Source: Candidatus Rokubacteria bacterium RIFCSPLOWO2_02_FULL_73_56 (GTDB taxonomy: Bacteria; Methylomirabilota; Methylomirabilia; Rokubacteriales; CSP1-6). Taken from it: a stretch of DNA of 64,000 bases. The stretch lies in NCBI GenBank assembly GCA_001788495.1, contig MGCF01000114.1, forward strand, positions 1,074-65,073, in the 5' to 3' direction. The DNA itself is not shown here. Position 1 is the stretch's first letter. More notes on this DNA, generated by a model. That model did no database searches. It was not told where the DNA came from and was given only the letters and a program-made list of their open reading frames with translations.

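Noticed and set aside
50807-63514. Minus-strand alternative-frame ORFs (50807..63514 at 4,235 aa; 8858..15880; 15884..19441; 19895..22861; 23114..27511; 28724..33817; 34112..40033; 44681..48904)
   Set aside because: Same strand but out of frame with the motif-rich frame. Their translations are Arg/Gly/Pro-rich nonsense. The frame carrying RTX, Calx-beta, Asp-box and Fn3 motifs is the real one.
1-64000. CRISPR arrays, tRNA/rRNA genes, insertion sequences, integrases
   Set aside because: I found no short direct repeats with unique spacers, no tRNA-like or rRNA-like sequence, and no transposase or integrase motifs in any frame. All repetition is in-frame protein-coding tandem repeats of the giant gene.
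2047-64000. Possibility that the giant ORF is several adjacent genes fused by the ORF caller
   Set aside because: There is no in-frame stop across 20,620 codons, and recognisable modules abut each other without start/RBS-like breaks. Without long-read validation an assembly-smoothed frameshift cannot be fully excluded.

Overview
Very GC-rich bacterial DNA (roughly 70% GC, with codon third positions almost always G or C). Almost the whole window, nt 2047 to 64000, is one uninterrupted minus-strand reading frame encoding at least 20,650 aa. Its stop codon is at 2047-2049 and its 5' end runs off the window at 64000. The translated protein is a mosaic secreted adhesin-like giant with many repeat and domain types. 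Near the C-terminus it has unmistakable RTX calcium-binding repeats (GGxGxDxL nonapeptides) and a roughly 1,640-aa beta-roll array, then a C-terminal tail, so it looks like a type-I-secretion substrate. Further upstream it contains Calx-beta modules, pre-peptidase-C-terminal (PPC)-like modules, a DUF642/CBM-like jelly-roll, BNR Asp-box (SxDxGxTW) motifs with Fn3-like modules, thrombospondin-type-3-like Asp loops, about 21 Ig/cadherin-like repeats, and at least three repeat families I could not assign to any known family. At the left end are a partial MaoC-like (hot-dog fold) dehydratase gene and a SAM-dependent O-methyltransferase gene, both minus strand. Between them and the giant gene lies a divergent regulatory region with a perfect 21-bp palindrome followed by an exact sigma-54 -24/-12 consensus (TGGCAC-N5-TTGC) that is placed to drive a 65-aa ORF of unknown function. 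All other long ORFs in the six-frame track are shadow frames. They arise because third codon positions are almost always G/C, so stop codons are rare in every frame. I found no rRNA, tRNA, CRISPR array or mobile element. Coordinates inside the giant gene were mapped from hand-counted residue positions and are accurate to a few codons at anchor points I checked against the nucleotide sequence, and otherwise to tens of nt.
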